A stretch of DNA of 64,000 nucleotides from Lachnospiraceae bacterium UBA3820 (GTDB lineage: Bacteria > Bacillota > Clostridia > Lachnospirales > Lachnospiraceae): contig DFDU01000046.1 of assembly GCA_002369325.1 (NCBI GenBank), positions 101 through 64,100 on the forward strand, read 5' to 3'. Of the stretch, positions 30,414 through 40,434 are shown one piece after another (the first letter of the stretch is position 1; each line of letters begins with the position of its first letter). The translations under genes and the position numbers were made by a program. Under the pieces are notes generated by a model. The model saw only the letters and a list, made by a program, of their open reading frames with translations. It had not been told where the DNA came from and ran no database searches.

Positions 30414-31694
30414 TCATTTAACGATGATAATATTTAATAAATCATAAAATCCCGGAAATGAAATGTCAACACATTCACTTCCAAGTATTTCGGTTTCACC
30501 ATCGGCATTAAGTCCCGCAACGGCAAAACTCATAGCTATTCTGTGATCAAGTTTGCTGTCGATTATGGCACCGTGAAGTGCCTTTCCTCCGTTTATAATC
30601 ATACCGTCATCTGTTGCAATTACGTCAGCACCCATAGCTTTTAGATTATTAACTATAGTATCAATTCTGTTGGTTTCCTTAACCTTAAGCTCTGCCGCAT
30701 CTTTTATGACAGTCTGTCCTTCGGCAAAGCATGCCATAACGGCTATGGCAGGTATCTCGTCTATAAGTCTCGGTATAAGTTCTCCGCCTATCGTACAGCC
30801 CTTAAGTGACGAAGTCTTCACTGTTATGTCTGCCGTCGGCTCAGCTGAACCATTATCTATTTCTTCGATTTTTATGTCCGCACCCATCATGCGGCATACC
30901 TCAATCATTCCGTCTCTTGTAGGATTGATTCCTACATTTTTTATCGTAAGCTGAGAATTATCCGTAATAAGACCTGCAGCTATAAAATATGCTGCCGAGG
31001 AGATATCACCCGGTACATCAATACGTTTTGCATATAATTCTTCCACCGGATTAACTGTTGCAGTTTTACCATTCACCACAATATTTGAACCAAAATCTTT
31101 CAGCATAAGCTCTGTATGATTTCTGCTTACATACGGCTCTGTTACAGAAGTTTCACCCTCTGCATAAAGACCGGCAAGAAGAATGGATGATTTTACCTGT
31201 GCAGATGCAACCGGCGAGTCATAATTTATCCCTCTTAATTTTGAACCATTTATCATAAGAGGTGCACAGCCGTTATCATTAATACTCTTTATATCTGCTC
31301 CCATCATGCGAAGAGGTTTCATAACTCTTTCCATAGGTCTTTTTCTTATGGACGCATCACCTGTTGCACTTACCGAAAAATTCTGTGCCGCAAGTATGCC
31401 TGACATAAGTCTTATGGTCGTTCCACTGTTTCCGACATCAAGTTCATCGGAAGGCTTTGACAGTCCATGCAAACCCTTTCCGTGGATTACAACTTTATTT
31501 CCGTCATTTTCAATATCTATTCCCATTTGAGAAAAGCATCTTATGGAAGAAAGACAATCCGCTCCCTGCAAAAATCCGTAAACCTCGGTATCACCTTTTG
31601 CAAGTGACCCCAGCATAATACTTCTGTGTGATATGGATTTATCACCCGGTATGCTTACCTCTCCCGATAAGCCCTTTGCTCTTTTAATAATCAT
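30414..31694 (-). CDS. aroA: 3-phosphoshikimate 1-carboxyvinyltransferase
   Basis: PGDKSISHR, GNSGTT, SAQVKS, KETNR, DHRIAM. Confidence 0.97.
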   Translation of the reverse strand: MIIKRAKGLSGEVSIPGDKSISHRSIMLGSLAKGDTEVYGFLQGADCLSSIRCFSQMGIDIENDGNKVVIHGKGLHGLSKPSDELDVGNSGTTIRLMSGILAAQNFSVSATGDASIRKRPMERVMKPLRMMGADIKSINDNGCAPLMINGSKLRGINYDSPVASAQVKSSILLAGLYAEGETSVTEPYVSRNHTELMLKDFGSNIVVNGKTATVNPVEELYAKRIDVPGDISSAAYFIAAGLITDNSQLTIKNVGINPTRDGMIEVCRMMGADIKIEEIDNGSAEPTADITVKTSSLKGCTIGGELIPRLIDEIPAIAVMACFAEGQTVIKDAAELKVKETNRIDTIVNNLKAMGADVIATDDGMIINGGKALHGAIIDSKLDHRIAMSFAVAGLNADGETEILGSECVDISFPGFYDLLNIIIVK

Positions 31695-31930
31695 TACTTT
31701 TCAACCTCATCAGTCATTTTCACGTCATACCCTTTAATTTTATATCATCTGCAAATTTATATCAAGAAAAAACTCATAATCCTCCCAATAAACATATCCT
31801 TAACCATTTTTCAAAGGTTCCTTTCAGACTAATAATTGTACCCTTGCATGTTTTTTTTAAATATATTATAATGATTAAACTGTTTTTTAGAATTACATTA
31901 TTAATTATAATATTTATTTGGAGTATATTT

Positions 31931-32779
31931 ATGAAACATTTTACAAGAATTTGCTTTTTAATTGTTGTTTTCTTTATAGCATTTCATGTAACCATAACGC
32001 TTATCTCAGATAAACACAAGGGCGACAGAAATAATGCGTTAACCAACAATACAGCTACAACTACGGAAATTTCCGTCACTGAAAAAGAAACAGAAACAGA
32101 GGTCACAGAAACCATGGAAGAAACAACTACCGAAGTTCTCAGTACCACCGAGACAACTGAGACTACCGAAACCACTGAAACTACCGAAACCACTGAAACC
32201 ACCGAACAGAAAAAAACTACCGAGGCTGTTACCGAAGCTGCAAACATACATATGCAGCCGGTCAAGAAAACCAACGAGGGCGAAACATATATTTTTGTCG
32301 GCGACTCACGCTATGTCCAAATGGAATCCTATGCCGAAGATGATGACACGTTTATTTGTGAAAACGGCGTAGGCTACAGATTTTTATCAAATCATATGGA
32401 TGAAATAGTAAGTCTTGCCGATGCCGATACCAAAATAGTTATCGGACTCGGTGTAAATGACGTCCTTTCGGGTACAGGCAAATATAAAGAATTATTATTT
32501 GACCTTGCTGACAGAACCGATGCCCAAGTTTATTATATGCTTATAAATCCGGTAGATGATGAATTATGTGCAGAAAATGGATATTCCATAACCAATGAAG
32601 ATATAGATAACTTTAATATTACTATTCAGGGCGATTTAGTCGGTTCGGGAATAAAAATAATTGATGTCAATTCATACTTAAAGACCGTCGGTTATACTTC
32701 ACGCGACGGTCTCCATTACAATGCCTCAACAAGCCGTAATATTTATGTTTATATCAAAGAGCAAATGCTTTTAAATTAA
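31931..32779 (+). CDS. Membrane-anchored SGNH/GDSL-like esterase with Thr/Glu-rich linker
   Basis: FVGDSR, GLGVND and DGLHY blocks; TTE repeats; start placed at MKHFTR. Confidence 0.8.
   Translation: MKHFTRICFLIVVFFIAFHVTITLISDKHKGDRNNALTNNTATTTEISVTEKETETEVTETMEETTTEVLSTTETTETTETTETTETTETTEQKKTTEAVTEAANIHMQPVKKTNEGETYIFVGDSRYVQMESYAEDDDTFICENGVGYRFLSNHMDEIVSLADADTKIVIGLGVNDVLSGTGKYKELLFDLADRTDAQVYYMLINPVDDELCAENGYSITNEDIDNFNITIQGDLVGSGIKIIDVNSYLKTVGYTSRDGLHYNASTSRNIYVYIKEQMLLN
32143..32205. repeat. Intragenic 9-bp tandem repeat (TTE)
   Basis: ACNACNGAR units, about 7 copies. Confidence 0.8.
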
Positions 32780-32781
32780 GC

Positions 32782-34650
32782 TTAATATTCCTTAAGCATT
32801 CGCCTGAACCAGTCTGACAAAAGACTGTCATTTGCATTGTAGATTATGTCCTTCGTTTTATAAGGATTATTTGTAACTATCACATCTACATCCAAAAGTA
32901 TAAGATCGGATATTCTGCTTTCTCTGTCCACGGTCCAGGCATATATCTTCTTACCATACTTATGAACATTTCTTACAAGTCTCATAGTGATAAAGCTGTG
33001 CTGAACGCTGAAGATATCCGCATATTCCATATCTCCTATATCTCCGTATGCCACATACATTATATATACGGTTTCTATATCAGGATTTATTTCTTTTACC
33101 TTTTTTAATACGCCATAATCAGAGCATGCGACCACACAATCCTTGATGTAATCGTATTCTTCAAGCAAATCTATGATTCCCTGCACATAGTCTTCTTTAT
33201 CCGTATTTGCAGGCTTTAATTCGACATTCAAAGGTATGTCTTCTCCCTTACAATACTCCAACGTTTCTCTTAATGTAGGTATTTTTTCGCCTGTAAATTC
33301 ATCCGAAAACTTGCTTCCCGCATCCAGTGATTCTATATATTCAAGTGTAACCTCTCCTACCTTTTTATCAACTCCCGTAGTACGTTTAAGACTCTCGTCA
33401 TGAATTATGATGTATTCTCCGTCCTTTGTCTGACGCACATCAAGCTCAATTGAATCCGCCTGATTTTCTACTGCAAGTCTGAAGGCAGACATGGTATTTT
33501 CCGGTGCATTATGTGAGTCTCCTCTGTGAGCACAAACATAAGCACCGTTTGCATAAGCCACATTCAGACTTATCTTGTTGCTGACACTGAGATATACATA
33601 AACTCCGTTAATTACGATACATGCAATTATAATTGCAATTGTTGTAATTCTGTTTCTCATTTTATTTCTTACAACATATTTATTATAAAGACCGTCTTTT
33701 TTAATTCTTTTTCTGTACTTATCTTCTCTTGTTATTTTAAATTTTCTGTATTCATCATAAAACGGATCTCCTTCAATGTTATAAAAGCATGCACAGATAT
33801 ATGAATAAATAAGGGGCGTCGATATAACCACAAAAAGCATATAAACTGCAAGTATCAAAATATTTACGGCAGAACTGAACATGAATCGCATTCGCTTATA
33901 CGAAAGAATTCTGGAAAATACAAATGCAAATCCCGATGCCATAAGACCTTCAAGAAGTATCATTACAAGTGCAATAAATATGTTGAAAACAATAACTCCA
34001 CCGATTATCTTAATAAAATGCTTTTTAATGGTTTTACGGCTCAAATCAGCCGATGTCTTATAATCCGTTCTGTATATTCCGTAAAAATTAATAGTCAAAA
34101 GCTTAAACATAGCCAAAATGCACATCAAAAGATATGCTATGCAGATCATAATAAAGGATTGTCTGTTTTTTTCTATGAAATCATAAAATAATGTAGGAAC
34201 CTTTAATTCATATATGGATGAAAAGATTATAGAGGCATAAACCAAAGGAAGCACAAATATTACATCCAGCATGACCAAAAGATTTTTTGGACGAAGCAGT
34301 CTTAATGCATTTACCGTCGCCTTAACCAGTATGTGAAGTGCATTTATTTTTATCTCTCTGTGAGATGCCTCCATGGCATATACGATAGCAGATATGTTAA
34401 TTAAAAAATAAACCGCCAAAATAACAAGCATAATAAGAATGGCTACATATGTGGTCGGTGAAAAAAGATATTTTTTAAGTGTTCTTATAGAAAGAAAATT
34501 AATGCCCGCAAGCTTTATGGACATATTGATTGATGCATAAAGCGCAGGCACAAGTATTACAGCCGATATAAGCTTGTATATCACTTCAAATAAAATAATG
34601 GAGGAAAAGTTATATGAAAGCATATTCAATCCTTTTTTAAATGTTTTCAT
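32782..34650 (-). CDS. Glycerophosphodiester phosphodiesterase with membrane domain
   Basis: AHRG, PENT, ELDVR, IHD, WTVD; multi-TM N-terminus. Confidence 0.93.
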   Translation of the reverse strand: MKTFKKGLNMLSYNFSSIILFEVIYKLISAVILVPALYASINMSIKLAGINFLSIRTLKKYLFSPTTYVAILIMLVILAVYFLINISAIVYAMEASHREIKINALHILVKATVNALRLLRPKNLLVMLDVIFVLPLVYASIIFSSIYELKVPTLFYDFIEKNRQSFIMICIAYLLMCILAMFKLLTINFYGIYRTDYKTSADLSRKTIKKHFIKIIGGVIVFNIFIALVMILLEGLMASGFAFVFSRILSYKRMRFMFSSAVNILILAVYMLFVVISTPLIYSYICACFYNIEGDPFYDEYRKFKITREDKYRKRIKKDGLYNKYVVRNKMRNRITTIAIIIACIVINGVYVYLSVSNKISLNVAYANGAYVCAHRGDSHNAPENTMSAFRLAVENQADSIELDVRQTKDGEYIIIHDESLKRTTGVDKKVGEVTLEYIESLDAGSKFSDEFTGEKIPTLRETLEYCKGEDIPLNVELKPANTDKEDYVQGIIDLLEEYDYIKDCVVACSDYGVLKKVKEINPDIETVYIMYVAYGDIGDMEYADIFSVQHSFITMRLVRNVHKYGKKIYAWTVDRESRISDLILLDVDVIVTNNPYKTKDIIYNANDSLLSDWFRRMLKEY

Positions 34651-34674
34651 ATTTTTCCTCCTTTCTTTCTATAC

Positions 34675-34809
34675 GGTTGTAAGAATATACAGATATATCG
34701 CAGGCACGCTTGCGCTACCCTCCAACGCAACGGTACTAAGCTCGAAAAACCTCGCTAAGTACCGGCGTTTCCAGAGTACCTGCTTATATACCTGTATATC
34801 CTTACAACC
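34675..34809. repeat. Structured palindromic element, copy 1 of a conserved-core pair (element D)
   Basis: Outer stem GGTTGTAAG...CTTACAACC; core shared with 44868-44953. Confidence 0.85.
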
Positions 34810-34821
34810 TACATATAATAA

Positions 34822-35847
34822 TTATAATAAAATCATCGCATCACCAAACGAAAAAAATCTGTATTTTTCTTCAACCGCGATTTTATATGCTTCAAGTATT
34901 TTCTCTCTGTTATAGAGAGCAGAGACAAGCATAAGTAATGTTGATTCCGGAAGATGGAAGTTTGTTATAAGTCTGTCTACGCATTTGAATTTATATCCCG
35001 GATATATGAATATATCAGTCCAGCCGCTGCAAGCCTTTATCATACCGTTTTCATCCGCTGCGGTTTCAAGTGTTCTCGTACTTGTTGTTCCGACAGATAC
35101 AACCTTTCCACCGTTCTTCTTTGTTTCATTTATTATTTCAGCAGCATTTTCATCTATTACATAAAATTCGCTGTGCATATGATGGTCGGTTATGTTATCA
35201 ACCTTGACAGGTCTGAATGTTCCCAGACCGACATGTAAGGTAACCCGTGCTATTTTTATACCCTTCTTTTCGATATCCGAAAGGAGCTCATTTGTAAAAT
35301 GAAGACCTGCCGTAGGTGCGGCCGCAGATCCGTCATGCTTTGCATATACGGTCTGGTATCTGTTTTTATCTTCGAGCTTATGAGTTATATAAGGAGGAAG
35401 AGGCATCTGTCCCAGTTCATCCAGAACCTCTTCAAATATACCGTCATAAGTAAACCTTACAAGTCTGTTTCCTTCCTCGACGATATCCGTTACCTCACCG
35501 ATAAGTTTTCCGTCTCCGAAAGAAATCCTTGCACCGACCCTTGCTTTCTTGCCGGGCTTAACAAGTGTTTCCCAGGTTTTATCATCTTTACGTTTTAATA
35601 AAAGAACCTCTATGGAAGCACCTGTATCTTCTTTAACGCCTATAAGTCTTGCAGGTATAACCTTTGTATCATTTATAACCAGACAATCACCTTCATCAAG
35701 ATAATTTATCACATCAGTAAAATGCTTATGCTCAATATCGCCGCTTTCACGATTTATAACCATAAGCCTTGAATCGCTTCTTTTTAAAAGCGGATCCTGT
35801 GCGATAAGTTCCTCGGGAAGGTCATAATAAAAATCACTAAGTTTCAA
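34822..35847 (-). CDS. queA: S-adenosylmethionine:tRNA ribosyltransferase-isomerase
   Basis: [36 protein letters not shown]; TTG start. Confidence 0.97.
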   Translation of the reverse strand: MKLSDFYYDLPEELIAQDPLLKRSDSRLMVINRESGDIEHKHFTDVINYLDEGDCLVINDTKVIPARLIGVKEDTGASIEVLLLKRKDDKTWETLVKPGKKARVGARISFGDGKLIGEVTDIVEEGNRLVRFTYDGIFEEVLDELGQMPLPPYITHKLEDKNRYQTVYAKHDGSAAAPTAGLHFTNELLSDIEKKGIKIARVTLHVGLGTFRPVKVDNITDHHMHSEFYVIDENAAEIINETKKNGGKVVSVGTTSTRTLETAADENGMIKACSGWTDIFIYPGYKFKCVDRLITNFHLPESTLLMLVSALYNREKILEAYKIAVEEKYRFFSFGDAMILL

Positions 35848-35904
35848 AGCTAAATCCTCCGAATAATCAAAACACGTACTAAATGAGCCATTATTTCAAA
35901 AGGA

Positions 35905-38331
35905 TTATGCTCTTATTTCAATATTCATCTTACCAAGCTCGGCAAGAAGTTTATCAATTATTTCGGTTACTTCCTTGTCCTCAAGAGTTCTGTCCTTTGC
36001 TCTGAAGGTCATGGTATAAGCTACCGACTTCTTTCCGGCAGCAACCTGTTCTCCTTCATATACATCAAAAAGCTTATAGGATTCAAGAAGCTTTCCGCCG
36101 CATTTCTTTATTACCTTTTCGATTTCACCTACAAATATACTCTTATCAACAACAAGTGCAAGATCTCTGGTCATTCCCGGGAACTTGGCTATACCTTCAT
36201 ACTTTCTGTCAAAGTTTGAAAGCATGGTTACAGTTTCCATATCAAGAACAGCAAGATATACCTCTGCCTTTATATCATAATTATCGGCTACTTCCGGATG
36301 AAGCTGTCCTATATATCCGACTGTCATTTTTCCCTTCTTGATAAGTGCCTGTCTTCCCGGATGTAAGAAAGGCTCATCTGTTGAAGGTTCATAGCTTAAG
36401 TCCTTACCGAATCCAAGCTTCTCGGTAAGTTCTTCTATAACACCTTTAAGGTTAAAGAAATCTCCTGAACCGTACATACCCATACAAAGCTTCATCTTCT
36501 CATCAGGAAGCTCGGTAAGTGGAAGTGCCTTAGGTATATATACATTTGCAAGCTCATATAATCTTGCTTCTTTATTTCTTCTGTTATAATTTGTTGAAAG
36601 CGAAGTTAAAAGTCCGTTTAAAGGAAGAGTTCTCATAATAGAGTAATCCTCACCGAGAGGATTTGATATCTCTATTGCATTTCTGTAAACCGAATCCTCA
36701 GGTAAAATAAGCTTATCAAATACCTTAGGACTTTCAAATGAATAGCACATCGCTCCCGAAAAGCCATTACCCTCGCAAATAGTTCTTACTATATCATTTA
36801 TTCTTTCCGCATATGACTTCTTACCTGCAGTAGCCTCACCATGAGGAAGCGTTGTAGGTATATTGTCATATCCGTAAAATCTTGCTACCTCTTCCGCAAG
36901 ATCTGCCATGCAATTCAAATCCTGTCTGAATGTAGGAATTGTAATCATGTTAGTAGCAGAATCATACTTAAGTTCAAGTCTTCCAAAGTACTCAAGCATA
37001 TCCTCCTTTGATATATCCGTACCGAGAAGTTTATTCATCTTCTCAGGTTCAAACGGAAGTTTCTTTTCCGATACCGGATTTGCATATACATCAACCACAC
37101 CGTCAACAACCTCACCGCAACCAAGCTCTTCAATAAGCTGACATGCTCTGTTAATTGCCTCAAGTGCAAGATTAGGATCAAGTCCCTTAACAAACTTGGC
37201 AGATGCATCAGTAGAAAGACCTATTCTCTTGGTCGAAAGTCTTATATTTGTTCCGTCAAAGCATGCTGCCTCAAAAAGAAGAGTCTTAATATCATCGGTA
37301 ACCATTGAGTTTTCACCACCCATAATACCTGCGATAGCAACCTCTTTTTCTCCGTCACAAATCATAAGCACATCTTTATCAAGTGTTCTTTCCTGTCCGT
37401 CAAGCGTAGTAAATTTATCACCATCATTTGCACGTTTAACAATTATCTTATGGCCTGCAATAGTATCAAGATCAAAAGCATGCATAGGCTGTCCAAACTC
37501 TTCCATAACATAGTTTGTAATATCTACAAGGTTATTTATGGAACGAATTCCCTGAGCGGCAAGTCTTTCTCTCATCCACTTAGGTGACGGTCCTATCTTG
37601 ATATTTTTTACAACTCTTGCCACATATCTTGGACAAAGATCAGTATCCTTTACCTCAACAGAGATATAATCGTTCACATCACCGCCCGACCCCTTAACGG
37701 TTACAACAGGTGGTATGAATTTTTTATTAAATGTTGCTGCAACCTCTCTTGCCATACCTATCATAGAGAAGCAGTCAACTCTGTTTGAAGTAATCTCATA
37801 TTCAACAACAGCATCATTTAGTCCGAGTGCCGCTACGGCATCATCCCCCGGCTTAACCCCCGACTCCTCAGGAAATACATAAACTCCGTCCTCAGGTGCC
37901 TCCGGATAAAAGTCTCTTGAAGAACCAAGTTCTTCAATACCGCACATCATACCATTACTTTCAACTCCGCGAAGCTTACCCTTTTTAATTTTAATACCGT
38001 CCGGATATTCGTTATCATCTCCATGTGCGGCAGCAACTTTTCCACCATCAAGTACAAGAGGTATAAGGTCTCCCTCTTTAACATTTTTTGCACCGGTTAC
38101 TATCTGAATACTTTCAGAACCGATATTTACCTGACAAACAACAAGCTTATCTGCATCAGGGTGCTTCTCTATACTTTCAATCTTTCCTACTACTATCTTC
38201 TCTAAGTTCTTATCTTTCTTTACATAATTTTCAACATGAGAACCCGAAAGGGTCATCTTATTGACAAATGTCTCTATATCAACATCCAAATCAGGCACAT
38301 ATGCCTTTATCCATGAAATCGGTGTATTCAT
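35905..38331 (-). CDS. pheT: Phenylalanine--tRNA ligase beta subunit
   Basis: HPDADKL, ITSNRVD, NNLVDITNYV, DLAEEVAR, C-terminal FDX-ACB. Confidence 0.97.
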   Translation of the reverse strand: MNTPISWIKAYVPDLDVDIETFVNKMTLSGSHVENYVKKDKNLEKIVVGKIESIEKHPDADKLVVCQVNIGSESIQIVTGAKNVKEGDLIPLVLDGGKVAAAHGDDNEYPDGIKIKKGKLRGVESNGMMCGIEELGSSRDFYPEAPEDGVYVFPEESGVKPGDDAVAALGLNDAVVEYEITSNRVDCFSMIGMAREVAATFNKKFIPPVVTVKGSGGDVNDYISVEVKDTDLCPRYVARVVKNIKIGPSPKWMRERLAAQGIRSINNLVDITNYVMEEFGQPMHAFDLDTIAGHKIIVKRANDGDKFTTLDGQERTLDKDVLMICDGEKEVAIAGIMGGENSMVTDDIKTLLFEAACFDGTNIRLSTKRIGLSTDASAKFVKGLDPNLALEAINRACQLIEELGCGEVVDGVVDVYANPVSEKKLPFEPEKMNKLLGTDISKEDMLEYFGRLELKYDSATNMITIPTFRQDLNCMADLAEEVARFYGYDNIPTTLPHGEATAGKKSYAERINDIVRTICEGNGFSGAMCYSFESPKVFDKLILPEDSVYRNAIEISNPLGEDYSIMRTLPLNGLLTSLSTNYNRRNKEARLYELANVYIPKALPLTELPDEKMKLCMGMYGSGDFFNLKGVIEELTEKLGFGKDLSYEPSTDEPFLHPGRQALIKKGKMTVGYIGQLHPEVADNYDIKAEVYLAVLDMETVTMLSNFDRKYEGIAKFPGMTRDLALVVDKSIFVGEIEKVIKKCGGKLLESYKLFDVYEGEQVAAGKKSVAYTMTFRAKDRTLEDKEVTEIIDKLLAELGKMNIEIRA

Positions 38332-38379
38332 CTTATCTATCTCCTCAACTTTCTTAAAATCTATTTAAACCCGACTGTT

Positions 38380-39399
38380 TTACCACTGCTGTAAAAATCT
38401 CATATCATTTTCATAAAGAAGTCTCATGTCGTCTATTTCATACTTAAGCAATGTTATTCTCTCAAGTCCGATACCAAAAGCAAAGCCCGAATATACCTCA
38501 GGGTCAATGCCACACATTTCAAGTACGTGAGGATGTACCATACCGCAACCAAGTATCTCTATCCAACCACTACCCTTACATACACGACAACCCTTGCCGC
38601 CGCACTTGAAGCAGGTTATATCAACCTCTGCCGAAGGCTCTGTAAACGGAAAATGATGCGGTCTGAATTTAGTCTTTGTGTTTGGTCCAAAGAACTCTTT
38701 AGCCCACTGATCAAGAGTTCCTTTAAGGTCTGCCATTGTTATGTTTTTATCTATAACAAGACCCTCTACCTGGTGGAAGGATGGTGAATGTGTTGCATCC
38801 ACCTCATCCGAACGGAATACTCTTCCCGGCGAAAGAATTCTTATAGGGAGCTCTCCCTTTTCCATAATTCTTGCCTGAACCGGTGATGTCTGTGTACGAA
38901 GAAGTATATCCTTTGTAATATAAAATGTATCCTGCTCATCCTTTGCAGGGTGATTAGCAGGTATGTTAAGCAACTCAAAGTTGTACTTATCATATTCGAT
39001 TTCAGGGCCCGAAACGACCTCATAACCCATGCCGATAAATACTCTCTCAAGGTCCTCAAGTGCTGTCTGATTCGGATGTCTGTGGCCGTCAATTTTTTTA
39101 ACTCCCGGAAGCGTTACATCTATGGTTTCACGCTTCATTTTTTCGGCTCTTACAGCCTTATTAATTTCCTTAAGCTTTGCTTCAAGCTTTTCTTCTATAT
39201 CAGCTCTTACTTCATTTACCATCTGGCCAACCTTAGGTCTGTCCTCCGGTGCAACATCCTTCATACCCTTTAACACCTGAGTAAGCTCACCCTTTTTACC
39301 GAGTATGGCAACCTTGATATCATTTATAGCCGCCGCTTCCTTAGCCTGCTCGATTTTGGCAAGAGTCTGCTCCTTAATCTTACTTAACATCTCTTTCAT
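38380..39399 (-). CDS. pheS: Phenylalanine--tRNA ligase alpha subunit
   Basis: LRTQTSPVQ, FPFTEPS, GFAFGIGLER. Confidence 0.97.
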   Translation of the reverse strand: MKEMLSKIKEQTLAKIEQAKEAAAINDIKVAILGKKGELTQVLKGMKDVAPEDRPKVGQMVNEVRADIEEKLEAKLKEINKAVRAEKMKRETIDVTLPGVKKIDGHRHPNQTALEDLERVFIGMGYEVVSGPEIEYDKYNFELLNIPANHPAKDEQDTFYITKDILLRTQTSPVQARIMEKGELPIRILSPGRVFRSDEVDATHSPSFHQVEGLVIDKNITMADLKGTLDQWAKEFFGPNTKTKFRPHHFPFTEPSAEVDITCFKCGGKGCRVCKGSGWIEILGCGMVHPHVLEMCGIDPEVYSGFAFGIGLERITLLKYEIDDMRLLYENDMRFLQQW

Positions 39400-39429
39400 C
39401 TTATATACTTCCTCACTTTCAAAAATTTC

Positions 39430-40356
39430 TTAGCACATTACACTTACATAATCAATTATGTCATTAAGTGTATCCTCGTTTCTCAACTCAAGCTCATACT
39501 CCTTTTTTATATCAGTGCAAAACCTGAGTTTATAAACTGTTTGTTTTTTCCATGGTGATATATATTTTTCAACTTCAGCCTTTTCTATTTCCTTGATCTT
39601 ATCAAGCTTGATTACATCCGTTTTCATAAGGTAGCTTACAACAAGATAATCTTCCGTGATATAGATATTATTAAGTCTGTGCACCAAATGATTTGCAAGC
39701 TGAAGATTTAATTCTTCAATTATCGCTCCGGTTTCACCATATGCCGAAAGTTGTTTTGCCTGTCCGTGAAGAGCCGGATTAATACAAATCAAAAAAGTAT
39801 AAGCAAGAACCAGAACGCTTATAACTATCGGCGATGCGAACAAAATATACAGCATGACAATATACGTAACCGGATAATCACATTCGCTTATTATATACTC
39901 GCTGAAAAAATCATCCTTTAACTGCTCGTCGAAACCTGCAGCTTCAGTAAGCTGATTGATCATATATTCAGTTGAAATGTTATCCTTAACTATTTTGGCT
40001 TTTATAGTTTTTTTATCAATTGTCATCGTCGGATTTTTTGTTTCAATAATATAAAACATAATCTTATCGTCATTTAATTGATAATAATACGCCCCTTTGA
40101 CCTTTCCGTTGACCAGATAGTCAAATCCTGCATATGTAAGCTTATCAGCCGAAATCCTTACATTGGTATCTCCCATTTTATACAATTCCGATACCTTTGT
40201 ATACAGCTCTTCATTTTCCAGGCTTATAAGCCTTGTCTGTTCCAGTATGGGATATCTCATAAACATAATAAGAAGCACCATAAGTACAAAAACAGCAGGT
40301 ACGGCAAGGGCAAATGTATTCTTGCATAAAAGCTTTTCAAATTTTCTTCTTCGCAT
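39430..40356 (-). CDS. Hypothetical membrane protein (2 TM)
   Basis: Long ORF with two hydrophobic segments; start placed at MRRRKF. Confidence 0.75.
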   Translation of the reverse strand: MRRRKFEKLLCKNTFALAVPAVFVLMVLLIMFMRYPILEQTRLISLENEELYTKVSELYKMGDTNVRISADKLTYAGFDYLVNGKVKGAYYYQLNDDKIMFYIIETKNPTMTIDKKTIKAKIVKDNISTEYMINQLTEAAGFDEQLKDDFFSEYIISECDYPVTYIVMLYILFASPIVISVLVLAYTFLICINPALHGQAKQLSAYGETGAIIEELNLQLANHLVHRLNNIYITEDYLVVSYLMKTDVIKLDKIKEIEKAEVEKYISPWKKQTVYKLRFCTDIKKEYELELRNEDTLNDIIDYVSVMC

Positions 40357-40434
40357 TTCAATCCCTTTACCAAAAAAATATAATAACACTAATACTTTTT
40401 TTGTTCAACCATAAAGATTAATGTAGAAATATTA

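Noticed and set aside
22169-32205. Short tandem repeats (22169-22243 and 32143-32205) as CRISPR-like arrays
   Set aside because: They are codon-periodic, intragenic and have no spacers.
34701-34782. Element D/E core as a twister or hammerhead ribozyme (GGTACTAAGC resembles the twister L4 loop)
   Set aside because: The UAA cleavage-site context and the hammerhead CUGANGA/GAAA core are missing, and the segment is explained by pairing with AGTACCG.
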